Shown here piece after piece: positions 41,254 to 50,216 of a DNA stretch of 64,000 bases. The notes beneath the pieces were generated by a model. It did not search any database and had not been told where the DNA came from. It saw nothing but the letters and a program-made list of their open reading frames with translations. How positions within the stretch are numbered: position 1 is the stretch's first letter; the number at the start of each line of letters is the position of its first letter. This stretch comes from a virus. The stretch is taken from the IMG/VR virus record IMGVR_UViG_3300034418_011550, positions 32,001 to 96,000 of that record. One strand, 5' to 3'. Both the position numbers and the translations under genes were made by a program.

Positions 41254-42582
41254 ATGTGGAATAGTATAAGAGAAAGAATTTTCCCATTTATTATAGCACT
41301 TTCCGCATTATCTGTAAGTGCATCAGCGGCTTTTTATAGTGTTACTGGTCTTAGTTTATTATTTGCTGGGGCCAGTTTCGCTGTAATTATAATGGCTTCT
41401 TCTTTAGAGATAGCTAAATTAGTAACAGCATCTTTATTATATCAATATTGGGAAAAACTAAATAAAGTATTAAGAACATACCTCACAATAGCAGCGTTTA
41501 TTCTTATTTTAATTACATCAGCAGGTATTTATGGTTTCTTATCTGCTGCTTATCAAGCTACTGCTAATAAAGCAGGTATAGTAGAGAACCAAATCAAATT
41601 ATTAGAAACTAAAAAGACCTCATTTGAAAAAATCAAAGGACAATATGAGGTAGAAAAACAATCAATAACACAAAATATAACTTCATTAAGAAATGCTCTT
41701 GGAAACAATAATCAGTCTTATGTGGATAATAATGGCAATGTCATTAGTTATTCTTCCTCAGCAAACAGAAAATCTTTTGAGAAACAGCTGGAAGTGGCTA
41801 TCCAAAAAGATGAACAACTTACAACAAAAGTACAAACGTACAACGACTCGATAATCAATTTAGAGACCCGAATTGTTAAAACCCAAAATAATTCAGAAGT
41901 AGCAGCTGAATTAGGTCCTTTAAAATATTTAGCTAATTTAACAGGAGTTACTATGGATAGAATCATTAACTGGTTCTTATTAGTAATTATTTTTGTATTT
42001 GATCCTTTAGCTATTGCTTTAGTAGTAGCAGCAAACTTTGCCTTTGCTCAATTAAAGAAAAAAGATACACCTAAACCTTTAGAAAATGATGAAGAATTAG
42101 AAGAAGCTAGTTTAGTAGATCTTCAAATTCTAGAACAAGAAGAACAAGAAAAACCAATTCCTGTATTTATGGACCCTAAATCAGGTAAACTTTATTATGA
42201 AGAACCTGAAGAAGAAGGGGACGAGGATCATGCTCAAGATATGGTTTTAAATGCTATGGTTGAAGATATGACAGATGAAGAAATTCAAGAAGTTATAGAT
42301 ACTGATGGTGATGGAAAAATAAGTGAGGAAGAATTAATAAACTATATCAATAATATAGATTCAGATAATAGCGGAGACATAGATTTAGAAGAAGCTAAAA
42401 AAGCAGGTATAGATCCTGAACTTATTGATCAAATAAATAGACTTAAGTCTTTATTAGGAAGTACCTTATTATCTGATCCTGGTACTTTAGGTTTAAGAAC
42501 AGAAATAGCATTTTTAAAACAGCAAATCTTAAGCCAATTAAATAAAAAAAAGGATGATGATGATACTATAACTGTATTTTAA
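41254..42582 (+). CDS. Membrane protein with coiled coil and two EF-hand-like loops
   Basis: Three to four hydrophobic segments; DTDGDGKISEEE and DSDNSGDIDLEE. Confidence 0.65.
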   Translation: MWNSIRERIFPFIIALSALSVSASAAFYSVTGLSLLFAGASFAVIIMASSLEIAKLVTASLLYQYWEKLNKVLRTYLTIAAFILILITSAGIYGFLSAAYQATANKAGIVENQIKLLETKKTSFEKIKGQYEVEKQSITQNITSLRNALGNNNQSYVDNNGNVISYSSSANRKSFEKQLEVAIQKDEQLTTKVQTYNDSIINLETRIVKTQNNSEVAAELGPLKYLANLTGVTMDRIINWFLLVIIFVFDPLAIALVVAANFAFAQLKKKDTPKPLENDEELEEASLVDLQILEQEEQEKPIPVFMDPKSGKLYYEEPEEEGDEDHAQDMVLNAMVEDMTDEEIQEVIDTDGDGKISEEELINYINNIDSDNSGDIDLEEAKKAGIDPELIDQINRLKSLLGSTLLSDPGTLGLRTEIAFLKQQILSQLNKKKDDDDTITVF

Positions 42583-42628
42583 AATCTTTTTGGAAAGGGT
42601 TACAAGGGGTTTGGCTCATCCGAACATA

Positions 42629-42680
42629 TATGTTATATTTATATCATAATAAAGAAACAAGAAATAAAGGTTATGCAAAA
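42629..42680 (+). repeat. 52-bp direct repeat, copy 1 (promoter -7 box, leader and ATGCAAAA)
   Basis: TATGTTATATTTATATCATAATAAAGAAACAAGAAATAAAGGTTATGCAAAA; identical at 43575-43626. Confidence 0.95.
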
Positions 42681-43485
42681 CATCAAAGTAGTAAAAAGAG
42701 GTCGTCCAAGTAACAAAAACGTTCAAAACGCAACTTTCGTTCCCTCACTTATTGATTTTAGTAAAGTTACCAAATTAGACAATTTGGACATTGATCCCAA
42801 AATGATGTCCACTATGAAAACAGGTTTGGCTGTTGATAAATTGATTTCACATGAAGGTGGTATTCCGGCCGCAACTAACATTATGATGATTGGTGACCCA
42901 GGTGTTGGTAAAACCACTGTGTTGTTGGATGTTTTGAGTGCCGCTCAAAATAAAGGTAACAAATGTTTATTCATCTCAGGTGAGATGGGTAAAAAGCAAA
43001 TGTTTAAATACACACAACGTTTTCCACAGTTTGGAAATATCGAAACATTGTTTATGCAAGATTTTTTAGAGTATAACACTAAAGATGTAATTGAACAAGT
43101 TTTGGACCGTGGTTATGATTTAGTTTTGGTTGACAGTGCTGCTGAAATTATTGATGGTGTACGTGATGATAATAATTGGGATCGTAAAATGGCTGAAAGC
43201 TGGTTGGTTGATGTTTGTGTAAAGAACAACAAAGGTGAGAACAAAACCAAAAGTTTCACTTCGTTTATGTTGATTCAACAAGTTACCAAAGCAGGTGTAT
43301 TCGCAGGTTCAAACAAATTGAAGCATTTAGTTGATGCAATGGGAGAGATGCGCCGCGAATCAGAGCGTGATGGTGGTGGAACATTTATCAATTTTAACAA
43401 GAACCGTAACGGTTTGGTTGACGTTAAAATGTACTTTGAATTGTCAAACAGTGTTATCCGTTACGGAACCACTGTTAAGGCTTAA
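42673..43485 (+). CDS. RadA/Sms-KaiC-like RecA-fold ATPase with N-terminal AT-hook-like motif
   Basis: GDPGVGKTT, FISGEM, LVLVDS, QQVTKAG...GSNKLKHLVD, KNRNG; KRGRPS at the N-terminus. Confidence 0.75.
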   Translation: MQNIKVVKRGRPSNKNVQNATFVPSLIDFSKVTKLDNLDIDPKMMSTMKTGLAVDKLISHEGGIPAATNIMMIGDPGVGKTTVLLDVLSAAQNKGNKCLFISGEMGKKQMFKYTQRFPQFGNIETLFMQDFLEYNTKDVIEQVLDRGYDLVLVDSAAEIIDGVRDDNNWDRKMAESWLVDVCVKNNKGENKTKSFTSFMLIQQVTKAGVFAGSNKLKHLVDAMGEMRRESERDGGGTFINFNKNRNGLVDVKMYFELSNSVIRYGTTVKA

Positions 43486-43525
43486 TAAGGTTGTCCAACC
43501 TTAAAATGGACTAGAGCTACGAAGG

Positions 43526-43559
43526 CAAACAAGGGTGAAGAAATTCACCTTCTTGTTTG
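43526..43559 (+). terminator. Long GAAA-capped hairpin whose 3' end overlaps the next promoter's TTGG box
   Basis: CAAACAAG-GGTGAA gaaa TTCACC-tt-CTTGTTTG. Confidence 0.6.
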
Positions 43560-43574
43560 GCTTATTCAAATACC

Positions 43575-43626
43575 TATGTTATATTTATATCATAATAAAG
43601 AAACAAGAAATAAAGGTTATGCAAAA
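43575..43626 (+). repeat. 52-bp direct repeat, copy 2
   Basis: Identical to 42629-42680; offset 946 bp. Confidence 0.95.
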
Positions 43627-43894
43627 ACAATTTGAAACAGCAACAGAAGTATTTGAATTTACTGTTAATTTAGGTGGATTTAGAGGTAAAAAAGTATTTG
43701 AATTTTTCCCATCAGAGAATAAAAAATACGGTCCAGGTTCAGTTCGTGAATTAAGTTTGTTTGGCCAAAGCATGAATGTCAGTTCAGCTACAAAGCAAGG
43801 ATTGATGTTGTATTCATTTGATATTTTAGGTAAAAAAATAACCAACAAGATCAAATTTGAAGATATTGAATTAGGGAATACATTAGATAAATAA
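43619..43894 (+). CDS. Hypothetical early protein (true start ATG 43619)
   Basis: Same leader and ATG as the upstream gene; the track's 43535 start reads through the promoter. Confidence 0.75.
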   Translation: MQKQFETATEVFEFTVNLGGFRGKKVFEFFPSENKKYGPGSVRELSLFGQSMNVSSATKQGLMLYSFDILGKKITNKIKFEDIELGNTLDK

Positions 43895-43901
43895 GAAATT
43901 G

Positions 43902-44390
43902 ATGCATTCAAGAGAAACAGTTACTAAAAAACTCAAAAAACTTAAACCTCTTAAATACAGTCAGTTTCGATGGTGGAGGACATATCAAGTTCCTCCATCT
44001 CTCCCTAAATCAGTTCATATTGAGAAAAGAATTCAGAATGGAGATTTTGAACCATCTCCTTATTTTTGGATGGCTCAAGAAGCACTTTGGGAAAAACATG
44101 ATCTAGACCAATTAAATCTTGAACCATTTCAAAGAGCAAAACGTGGTGGTTTACTTTTAGCTAAGTATGAAAGACTAATGCATGATTTTGAAGTTGATGA
44201 TACTGAGAGATTAGATAGTTTTATTGATGCTATTTATGATTATTTTGAAATTAAAAAATCAGATGCAGAAGAGGAGATAAAAAAGTTTGGCAAGTCTGTA
44301 TCTGCTTATTATAATTATGCTTGTAAAAAATATACAGTGCGTAGAGTAGCACCTAAAAAACGTGGACGCCCTAAAAAAATAGTTATATGA
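43902..44390 (+). CDS. Hypothetical protein with C-terminal AT-hook-like KKRGRPKK
   Basis: ORF in the operon; motif read directly. Confidence 0.65.
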   Translation: MHSRETVTKKLKKLKPLKYSQFRWWRTYQVPPSLPKSVHIEKRIQNGDFEPSPYFWMAQEALWEKHDLDQLNLEPFQRAKRGGLLLAKYERLMHDFEVDDTERLDSFIDAIYDYFEIKKSDAEEEIKKFGKSVSAYYNYACKKYTVRRVAPKKRGRPKKIVI

Positions 44391-45175
44391 AAATATCACA
44401 TGAAGTACCTTTATTCCTATTAGAAGATAGTCAAAAATTTAATGACTATGATTATGCTCTAGTTCATTTACTAGATTCAGACCAAGACTATGCTAATTAT
44501 TTTATTAAAGCTAAACAAGAAGGTCGCTATATTATTTTAGATAATTCACTTCATGAACTAGGAACAGCATACAATGACTCAGGTTTATTACATTGGATTG
44601 ATAAAATTCGTCCTAATGAATTTATTGTTCCTGATGTTTGGGAAGATTGCACTCAGTCTATAGTTAATGCTAGAAAATGGACTCAAATTGAATTACCTGA
44701 TGAAGTTACTAAAGTAGCGGTTGTACAAGCTAAAAGTGTTAGAGAAGCAATTACCTGCTATCAGACGTATAGAGATTTAGGATATAAAAAGATTGCTTTC
44801 TCATATGGTGCTAATTATTATTTAGATCATTCGTCACATCCAAATAAAAATCTAGCTAAAGCATTAGGTCGAATTGAGATTGTAAGTCGTTTGTATAATT
44901 CTAATATTATTAATCATACAGATAGAGTACATTTGTTAGGTTGTCAAGTACCACAAGAGTTTAGTTGGTATTTAGATATGCCTTTTATTGAAACTATTGA
45001 TACATCAAATCCTATTATGGCTACTATTGATGATATGCCTTATAGTCCTATTGGTTTAACAGAAAAACCAAAAGCAAATATGAATGATCATTTTTATATG
45101 GCTGCTGAAGATATGGATTTTGATTTATTGATGTGGAATCTTGATAAATTTAGAGAATTATTAAAAAAATATTAA
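44387..45175 (+). CDS. DpdA/TGT-like TIM-barrel guanine transglycosylase
   Basis: ILDNSLHE, IVPDVW, VAVVQA, VHLLG and TIDTS resemble TGT/DpdA motifs; lies near queC/D/E and folE. Confidence 0.65.
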   Translation: MKISHEVPLFLLEDSQKFNDYDYALVHLLDSDQDYANYFIKAKQEGRYIILDNSLHELGTAYNDSGLLHWIDKIRPNEFIVPDVWEDCTQSIVNARKWTQIELPDEVTKVAVVQAKSVREAITCYQTYRDLGYKKIAFSYGANYYLDHSSHPNKNLAKALGRIEIVSRLYNSNIINHTDRVHLLGCQVPQEFSWYLDMPFIETIDTSNPIMATIDDMPYSPIGLTEKPKANMNDHFYMAAEDMDFDLLMWNLDKFRELLKKY

Positions 45176-45660
45176 TGCAAGTATTTTTACCATACCCAGA
45201 CTTTAAAAAGTCATTAGAATCTTTAGACGATAAACGTCTAGGTAAGCAACGTGTTGAAACATATCAACTTATTGCTGGTTTAGAAGGTCGACCAACATTG
45301 ACTGGAAAACCTTATTCTAAAGGTCGAGTAAACCATCCTATAAGTAAGATGTTTAGAGATAATATACCAGCGTTAAAGCACTATTTAAATGTGTCTATAG
45401 ACGTTTGGGTTGAAAGAGGCAAAAATAATACTATGAAAAAAGAAGAAATCAATGAGGAAATTACTATGCCTTTTTGGTTTGGAGATGAAGAATTTCATAA
45501 GTCACATAGAGCAAATTTGTTAAGAAAAGACGCTAATTATTATGGAGCCCATGGTTGGAATGATGATCCTGAATTACCTTACAGATGGTATGATATGGAT
45601 AAAAAACAATGGTATGACCAAACAGTAGGAACAAAAGAAAGAATATATTTAAATAAATAA
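45175..45660 (+). CDS. Pyrimidine-dimer DNA glycosylase (T4 endonuclease V / MSMEG_6728-like)
   Basis: MQVFLPY...LDDKRLGKQRVE...NHP...SHRANLLRKD. Confidence 0.8.
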   Translation: MQVFLPYPDFKKSLESLDDKRLGKQRVETYQLIAGLEGRPTLTGKPYSKGRVNHPISKMFRDNIPALKHYLNVSIDVWVERGKNNTMKKEEINEEITMPFWFGDEEFHKSHRANLLRKDANYYGAHGWNDDPELPYRWYDMDKKQWYDQTVGTKERIYLNK

Positions 45661-45663
45661 CCC

Positions 45664-45879
45664 ATGGAAAAAGAAATGTTATCACTTTATGATTACCTAG
45701 GACGAGCAGCTGGTCCTGACTTAGGTGAAGAAGTAGCTAAAGCAGCTACAGCTGAAAAAATTAAAATAAGCGCTAAGTATGTATCAAACCCTAAATACTC
45801 AGGAGAAATTTTAATGTATCCTAAAGAGTGGCTAGATAAATACTTTAAAGTTTCACAAGTAGATGAATTGCCCTTTTAA
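45664..45879 (+). CDS. Hypothetical protein
   Basis: Tightly packed ATG ORF. Confidence 0.7.
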   Translation: MEKEMLSLYDYLGRAAGPDLGEEVAKAATAEKIKISAKYVSNPKYSGEILMYPKEWLDKYFKVSQVDELPF

Positions 45880-45880
45880 T

Positions 45881-46021
45881 ATGAGCAATGTAGATACAAA
45901 CCCAGCATGGGAAAAGATGTTTAAAGAAGTTCTAGATGAAATTCTTAAAAATTGTGCTTTCCTTACCTTGGAAGATTACCAAGAGTTAGTTAAATTATCA
46001 AATAAAAAAGAAAATGAATAA
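45881..46021 (+). CDS. Small hypothetical protein (46 aa, not in track)
   Basis: MSNVDTNPAWEKMFKEVLDE...; fills the gap and overlaps the queC start. Confidence 0.55.
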   Translation: MSNVDTNPAWEKMFKEVLDEILKNCAFLTLEDYQELVKLSNKKENE

Positions 46022-46865
46022 ACAAGCAGTATTGTCACTAAGTGGAGGTATGGACAGCTCCACATTGTTGCTTCATCTACTTGCCGAGGGCTATGAAGTG
46101 ACAGCACTGTCTTTTGACTACGGTCAAAAACACTCTGTTGAATTAGAGCGAGCTAAGTCTTTAGTTGATTACTTAAATCAAGAACTTAGACCACAAGGTT
46201 ACTCTAAAATTAATTATCAAGTAATTAAATTAGATGGATTATCTCAATTACTAAACTCAGCACTTGTAACTGGTGGAGATGAAGTTCCTGAAGGTCACTA
46301 TGCTGAAGAAAATATGAAAGCAACAGTTGTACCTAATCGAAACAAAATCTTTTCATCTATTATCCAATCAGTTGCTTTATCAATTGCTACTCAAAAAGAT
46401 ACAACTTGTGCAATAGCAATGGGGATACATAGTGGTGACCATGCAATTTATCCTGATTGTAGACAAGAATTTAGGGATATTGATTTTGAAGCATTTAAAT
46501 CAGGTAACTGGGAATCAGAAAGAGTAGAAATGTATACTCCTTATTTAGATGGTGATAAGTTTACTATTTTAGAAGATGGTGAGAAATGTTGCAACCAGTT
46601 AAATATTGATTTTAATGCTGTTTATAAACGCACTAATACGTCATATAAACCAATTCAACATATTGTTTATGACCAGTACGATAATCCATCTCCTGAGTGG
46701 TTTAGTGATTATAAGTCAGCATCATCTGTAGAACGAGTAGAAGCTTTTATTAAATTAGGTAAACCTGATCCTGTAAGTTATGCAGATGAATTTGGACCAG
46801 TAACTTGGGATTTTGTAAAAGAGTATGTATCTTCAGTATTAGATGATTACGCGAAGACAGTATAA
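46014..46865 (+). CDS. queC: 7-cyano-7-deazaguanine synthase
   Basis: SLSGGMDSS, FDYGQKH, VPNRN and HAIYPDCR motifs. Confidence 0.92.
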   Translation: MNKQAVLSLSGGMDSSTLLLHLLAEGYEVTALSFDYGQKHSVELERAKSLVDYLNQELRPQGYSKINYQVIKLDGLSQLLNSALVTGGDEVPEGHYAEENMKATVVPNRNKIFSSIIQSVALSIATQKDTTCAIAMGIHSGDHAIYPDCRQEFRDIDFEAFKSGNWESERVEMYTPYLDGDKFTILEDGEKCCNQLNIDFNAVYKRTNTSYKPIQHIVYDQYDNPSPEWFSDYKSASSVERVEAFIKLGKPDPVSYADEFGPVTWDFVKEYVSSVLDDYAKTV

Positions 46866-47055
46866 AAAATCAAAACCATACCCATCAATGTATGTGGTGA
46901 TTAATAAAGAAGGTGAAGTTTACACTGGTTTAATAAGAGGTAATATTAATTGGTCTTATAACTGGTCTGAAGCAAAACCTCTATTTAAAGAATCAACAAC
47001 TTGGCTCCTGAAACATAACCCAGGAGCCGAGTTAATTAATGAAAAAGAATTATGA
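46843..47055 (+). CDS. Hypothetical protein
   Basis: Overlapping ORF in the operon. Confidence 0.6.
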   Translation: MITRRQYKKSKPYPSMYVVINKEGEVYTGLIRGNINWSYNWSEAKPLFKESTTWLLKHNPGAELINEKEL

Positions 47056-47207
47056 AACACCCAGATCCAAAAAAACATCAAATTATTAGTTTTGTAAAAT
47101 CAGCTATTAGAATAGTTGGTTATGGACTTATTCCATTTAGTTTGGTAACAGCAACTATTGTACTTATATTAAGTGAATTAATCGGAATTATAGAAGAATT
47201 AGTATGA
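47052..47207 (+). CDS. Small hydrophobic membrane protein (51 aa, not in track)
   Basis: MKHPDPKKHQIISFVKSAIRIVGYGLIPFSLVTATIVLILSELIGIIEELV; ATGA overlaps at both ends. Confidence 0.7.
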   Translation: MKHPDPKKHQIISFVKSAIRIVGYGLIPFSLVTATIVLILSELIGIIEELV

Positions 47208-47449
47208 AGAAATTATTTTATTTTACAGCTCCATGGTGTGGACCATGCAAAATGTTAAGTCCTACTATGGAAAGAGTAGCCCAAGATACACCAGTAGAAA
47301 AAATCAATATTGATTATGAAATTGATAGGGCTAAAGCAGCTAATGTTATGAGTGTTCCTACAGTAATATTAGTAGAAAATGGACAAGAAGTTCGTCGATT
47401 TGTAGGAAACAGAAGTTATCAAGACATAATGAATTTTATCAATGGGTAG
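47204..47449 (+). CDS. trxA: Thioredoxin
   Basis: WCGPC active site; VMSVPT. Confidence 0.92.
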   Translation: MKKLFYFTAPWCGPCKMLSPTMERVAQDTPVEKINIDYEIDRAKAANVMSVPTVILVENGQEVRRFVGNRSYQDIMNFING

Positions 47450-47906
47450 TTTTAGATCAACAAAAGTATTTGATGGTTACTCTACAGTGTTTCGTCAATG
47501 GAAAGCTGAGGGAACACATTGTAGATTCTTACATGGTTATGGAGTAAGTTTAAAAGTATGGTTTGAAGGTGAACTTGATGAACGTAATTGGGTTTGGGAC
47601 TTTGGAGGTATGAAACGTGCTAAAGGTACTATTGATGGTATGAATCCTAAAGCATGGTTAGATTATATGCTTGATCACACTACAATTGTAGCAGAGGATG
47701 ATCCCTATCTCCCAGTATTTAAACAAATGGAAGCAGACAGTGTAATTCAATTACGAGTTATTCCAGCTACAGGAGCAGAACGTTTTGCTGAATATTTTTA
47801 TAATAAGCTAAACGATTTTATACAAGCAGAAACTAATGGTCGTGTTAAAGTAGTTCAAGTTGAATTCCGTGAACATGAAAAAAATACAGCATTTTATAAA
47901 GGTTAA
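47442..47906 (+). CDS. queD: 6-carboxy-5,6,7,8-tetrahydropterin synthase
   Basis: HCRFLHGY, WVWDFG, LDHT, AERFA and EHEKN motifs. Confidence 0.88.
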   Translation: MGSFRSTKVFDGYSTVFRQWKAEGTHCRFLHGYGVSLKVWFEGELDERNWVWDFGGMKRAKGTIDGMNPKAWLDYMLDHTTIVAEDDPYLPVFKQMEADSVIQLRVIPATGAERFAEYFYNKLNDFIQAETNGRVKVVQVEFREHEKNTAFYKG

Positions 47907-47908
47907 TT

Positions 47909-48721
47909 ATGGATAGTAAAGTAACAGAAAAACAATGGAACATTCAGGAACCAGGTCGTATCACAGATTATGATAAAAGGATTCCTGTATTAGAAATTTA
48001 CCCTTGTGTTCAATCAGAAGGTTCAAGACAAGGTAGACCTACAATAGCTGTTCGAGTAACAGGTTGTACTCATAGATGTTGGTTTGGTGCTGGTGGTTGG
48101 TGTGACTCTTGGTACACAAGTATTCATCCTGAGAAAGGTGTTTATACATTTAATGATATTGTTAAAGCATATGATGAAAATCCTCATATTAGAGAGATGA
48201 TGTTAACAGGAGGTTCACCAACAATGCAACCTGCCTTAGTAAATGAATTAACTCATTTTGCTTATCAAAGAGGTATTTTTATTACAATTGAAACTGAAGG
48301 ATCTCATTTTATTAAAACTGATTACCCAATTGGTTTGATTAGTTTATCACCTAAGTTTAGTAATTCAATTCCTAAAATCGATGTTAATACTCCTATGGGT
48401 AAATTAGTTGACCAAAAAATGATTGACCAACATAATAAATTCCGTTTGAATTATGATGCTATGAGAATGATGTTAGATCAACATGGTGATTATCATTTCA
48501 AACCAGTATGGGATGGTACTGAAGAAAATTTAGCTGAAATTGAAGCATTTAGAGTTAAAATGGATATTCCAAAATGGAAAACTTGGTTAATGCCTGCTGG
48601 TGATACTAGAGAGACATTAATTGAAATGTATCCTATCTCAATTGAAAAATGTATGGAAGTAGGTTATAACTGGACTGGTAGGGATCATATTATCAGTTAC
48701 GATACTAAACGAGCTGTTTAA
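47909..48721 (+). CDS. queE: 7-carboxy-7-deazaguanine synthase (radical SAM)
   Basis: VQSEG, GCTHRC...WCDS, LTGGSP, IETEG and LSPK motifs. Confidence 0.88.
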   Translation: MDSKVTEKQWNIQEPGRITDYDKRIPVLEIYPCVQSEGSRQGRPTIAVRVTGCTHRCWFGAGGWCDSWYTSIHPEKGVYTFNDIVKAYDENPHIREMMLTGGSPTMQPALVNELTHFAYQRGIFITIETEGSHFIKTDYPIGLISLSPKFSNSIPKIDVNTPMGKLVDQKMIDQHNKFRLNYDAMRMMLDQHGDYHFKPVWDGTEENLAEIEAFRVKMDIPKWKTWLMPAGDTRETLIEMYPISIEKCMEVGYNWTGRDHIISYDTKRAV

Positions 48722-48734
48722 TATTTATAATAAT

Positions 48735-48992
48735 ATGATGAGTTTAAAATTTAAGTATTTTTACAGTACAGGATGTGATGCTTGTAAACAGTTAAAACCT
48801 TTTATCTCTCAGTTTAAAGAAGAATTAAACATAGAGATGATAAATGGAGATGAAAATGATCTTTTAATGGAAAGTTATAAGATTGATTGGTATCCAACCT
48901 TAGTTATGGAACATGAAGGTAATACTTGGAAATTTGAAAGTCCAAAAGCAATAGAAGATTTTTTAACAAAAGCATCAAATGGTTCTCTTTAA
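48735..48992 (+). CDS. Thioredoxin-like protein
   Basis: CDAC CxxC and YPTLV motifs. Confidence 0.75.
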   Translation: MMSLKFKYFYSTGCDACKQLKPFISQFKEELNIEMINGDENDLLMESYKIDWYPTLVMEHEGNTWKFESPKAIEDFLTKASNGSL

Positions 48993-49479
48993 CGAAACAG
49001 AAATTAAAAACAAAGTAGGTGAAATTGCCTACATGATTAAAAAAAGATATCACGAACAACCTCCTGTACTTATTTGTGTTTTAAACGGCGCTTTTATGTT
49101 TTTCACAGATTTAGTGAAACATATGGATGACTGCTATATAGACTTTATACGTGCGAAATCCTACAATGATACTACACAGGGCGAAATCTATATCACAAAA
49201 CAAATCGAAATGGATATTACTGGAAAAGATGTTTACATTATTGACGACATTTATGATTCAGGTAATACTATGAACCGCCTAGTTAAACATGTTAGTTATG
49301 GTAATCCAAAATCAATCACTCCAGTAACATTGTTTAAAAGACACACTGCTGAAAATGATGATTTAATTTATGGGTTTAATTTAGAAAATGAATACTTTTT
49401 AGTAGGTTATGGTTTAGATGGAGTAGGTGATTTAAAACGCAATCAAAAATACATTACTGGATTAATGAGTGATGATTAA
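48979..49479 (+). CDS. hpt: Hypoxanthine/guanine phosphoribosyltransferase
   Basis: VLNGAFMFFTDL, KSY, PRPP loop YIIDDIYDSGNT, FLVGYGLD. Confidence 0.88.
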   Translation: MVLFNETEIKNKVGEIAYMIKKRYHEQPPVLICVLNGAFMFFTDLVKHMDDCYIDFIRAKSYNDTTQGEIYITKQIEMDITGKDVYIIDDIYDSGNTMNRLVKHVSYGNPKSITPVTLFKRHTAENDDLIYGFNLENEYFLVGYGLDGVGDLKRNQKYITGLMSDD

Positions 49480-49526
49480 TTTAATTTGGTTCTTTTAAAA
49501 TTAGTTATTATATTAAAGTATAAGTT

Positions 49527-50216
49527 ATGAATAATAAGACATTTAAACTAGATTTAGAAGTAGTAAAAACAGGTTATGCTAATGGTATAGCTCCTGGTTT
49601 TCCATTAACTGAAAAAGAAAAATGGTCAATGGTAGATGAAGCAGCTGAAGCATATGGTAAGTTTTTAGATGCTTTAGGATGTGATTGGAGAAATGATCCC
49701 AATAGCTCAGATACACCTCGTCGTGTAGCTAAAGCATATGTTTTTGATTTGTGGAAAGGTCGTTATGATGCTCCTACAGACATTACCTCATTTCCAAGTG
49801 ATGGCTATGATGGTATTGTAATTGAACGAAACATTCCTCTTACCTCAATGTGTTCACATCACCACCAAACAATTGGAGGAGTAGTTCATATTGGTTATGT
49901 AGTAGGTGAAAACGGTTCAGTAATTGGGTTGTCTAAATTGAATCGTATTGTAGAACATTTTGGCCGTCGTGGAGCTATTCAAGAACAACTTACTTCAGCT
50001 ATTCATCAAGCTGTAGATAAAATTTGTGAAAACAATAAAGGTGTTATTGTTACTATAGTTGCTACTCACAATTGTGTTTCATGTAGAGGTGTTAAACATC
50101 AAGGAGCTTCAATGGTAACTACTAAAGCATCAGGTGTGTTCTTAAATAATGAAAACCAAGCACGTAAGGAATTCTTTGACAGCTTGAAAATCAATAACGG
50201 AGGTCATCAAATCTAA
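49527..50216 (+). CDS. folE: GTP cyclohydrolase I
   Basis: DTPRRVAK, SMCSHH, GLSKLNR, QEQLT, HNCVSCRGV and ARKEFF motifs. Confidence 0.95.
   Translation: MNNKTFKLDLEVVKTGYANGIAPGFPLTEKEKWSMVDEAAEAYGKFLDALGCDWRNDPNSSDTPRRVAKAYVFDLWKGRYDAPTDITSFPSDGYDGIVIERNIPLTSMCSHHHQTIGGVVHIGYVVGENGSVIGLSKLNRIVEHFGRRGAIQEQLTSAIHQAVDKICENNKGVIVTIVATHNCVSCRGVKHQGASMVTTKASGVFLNNENQARKEFFDSLKINNGGHQI

Noticed and set aside
43486-43520. preQ1-I riboswitch upstream of the que genes
   Set aside because: Lacks the loop consensus and A-rich tail as I recall them, and lies upstream of a terminator and a new promoter. Kept only as a generic structure.
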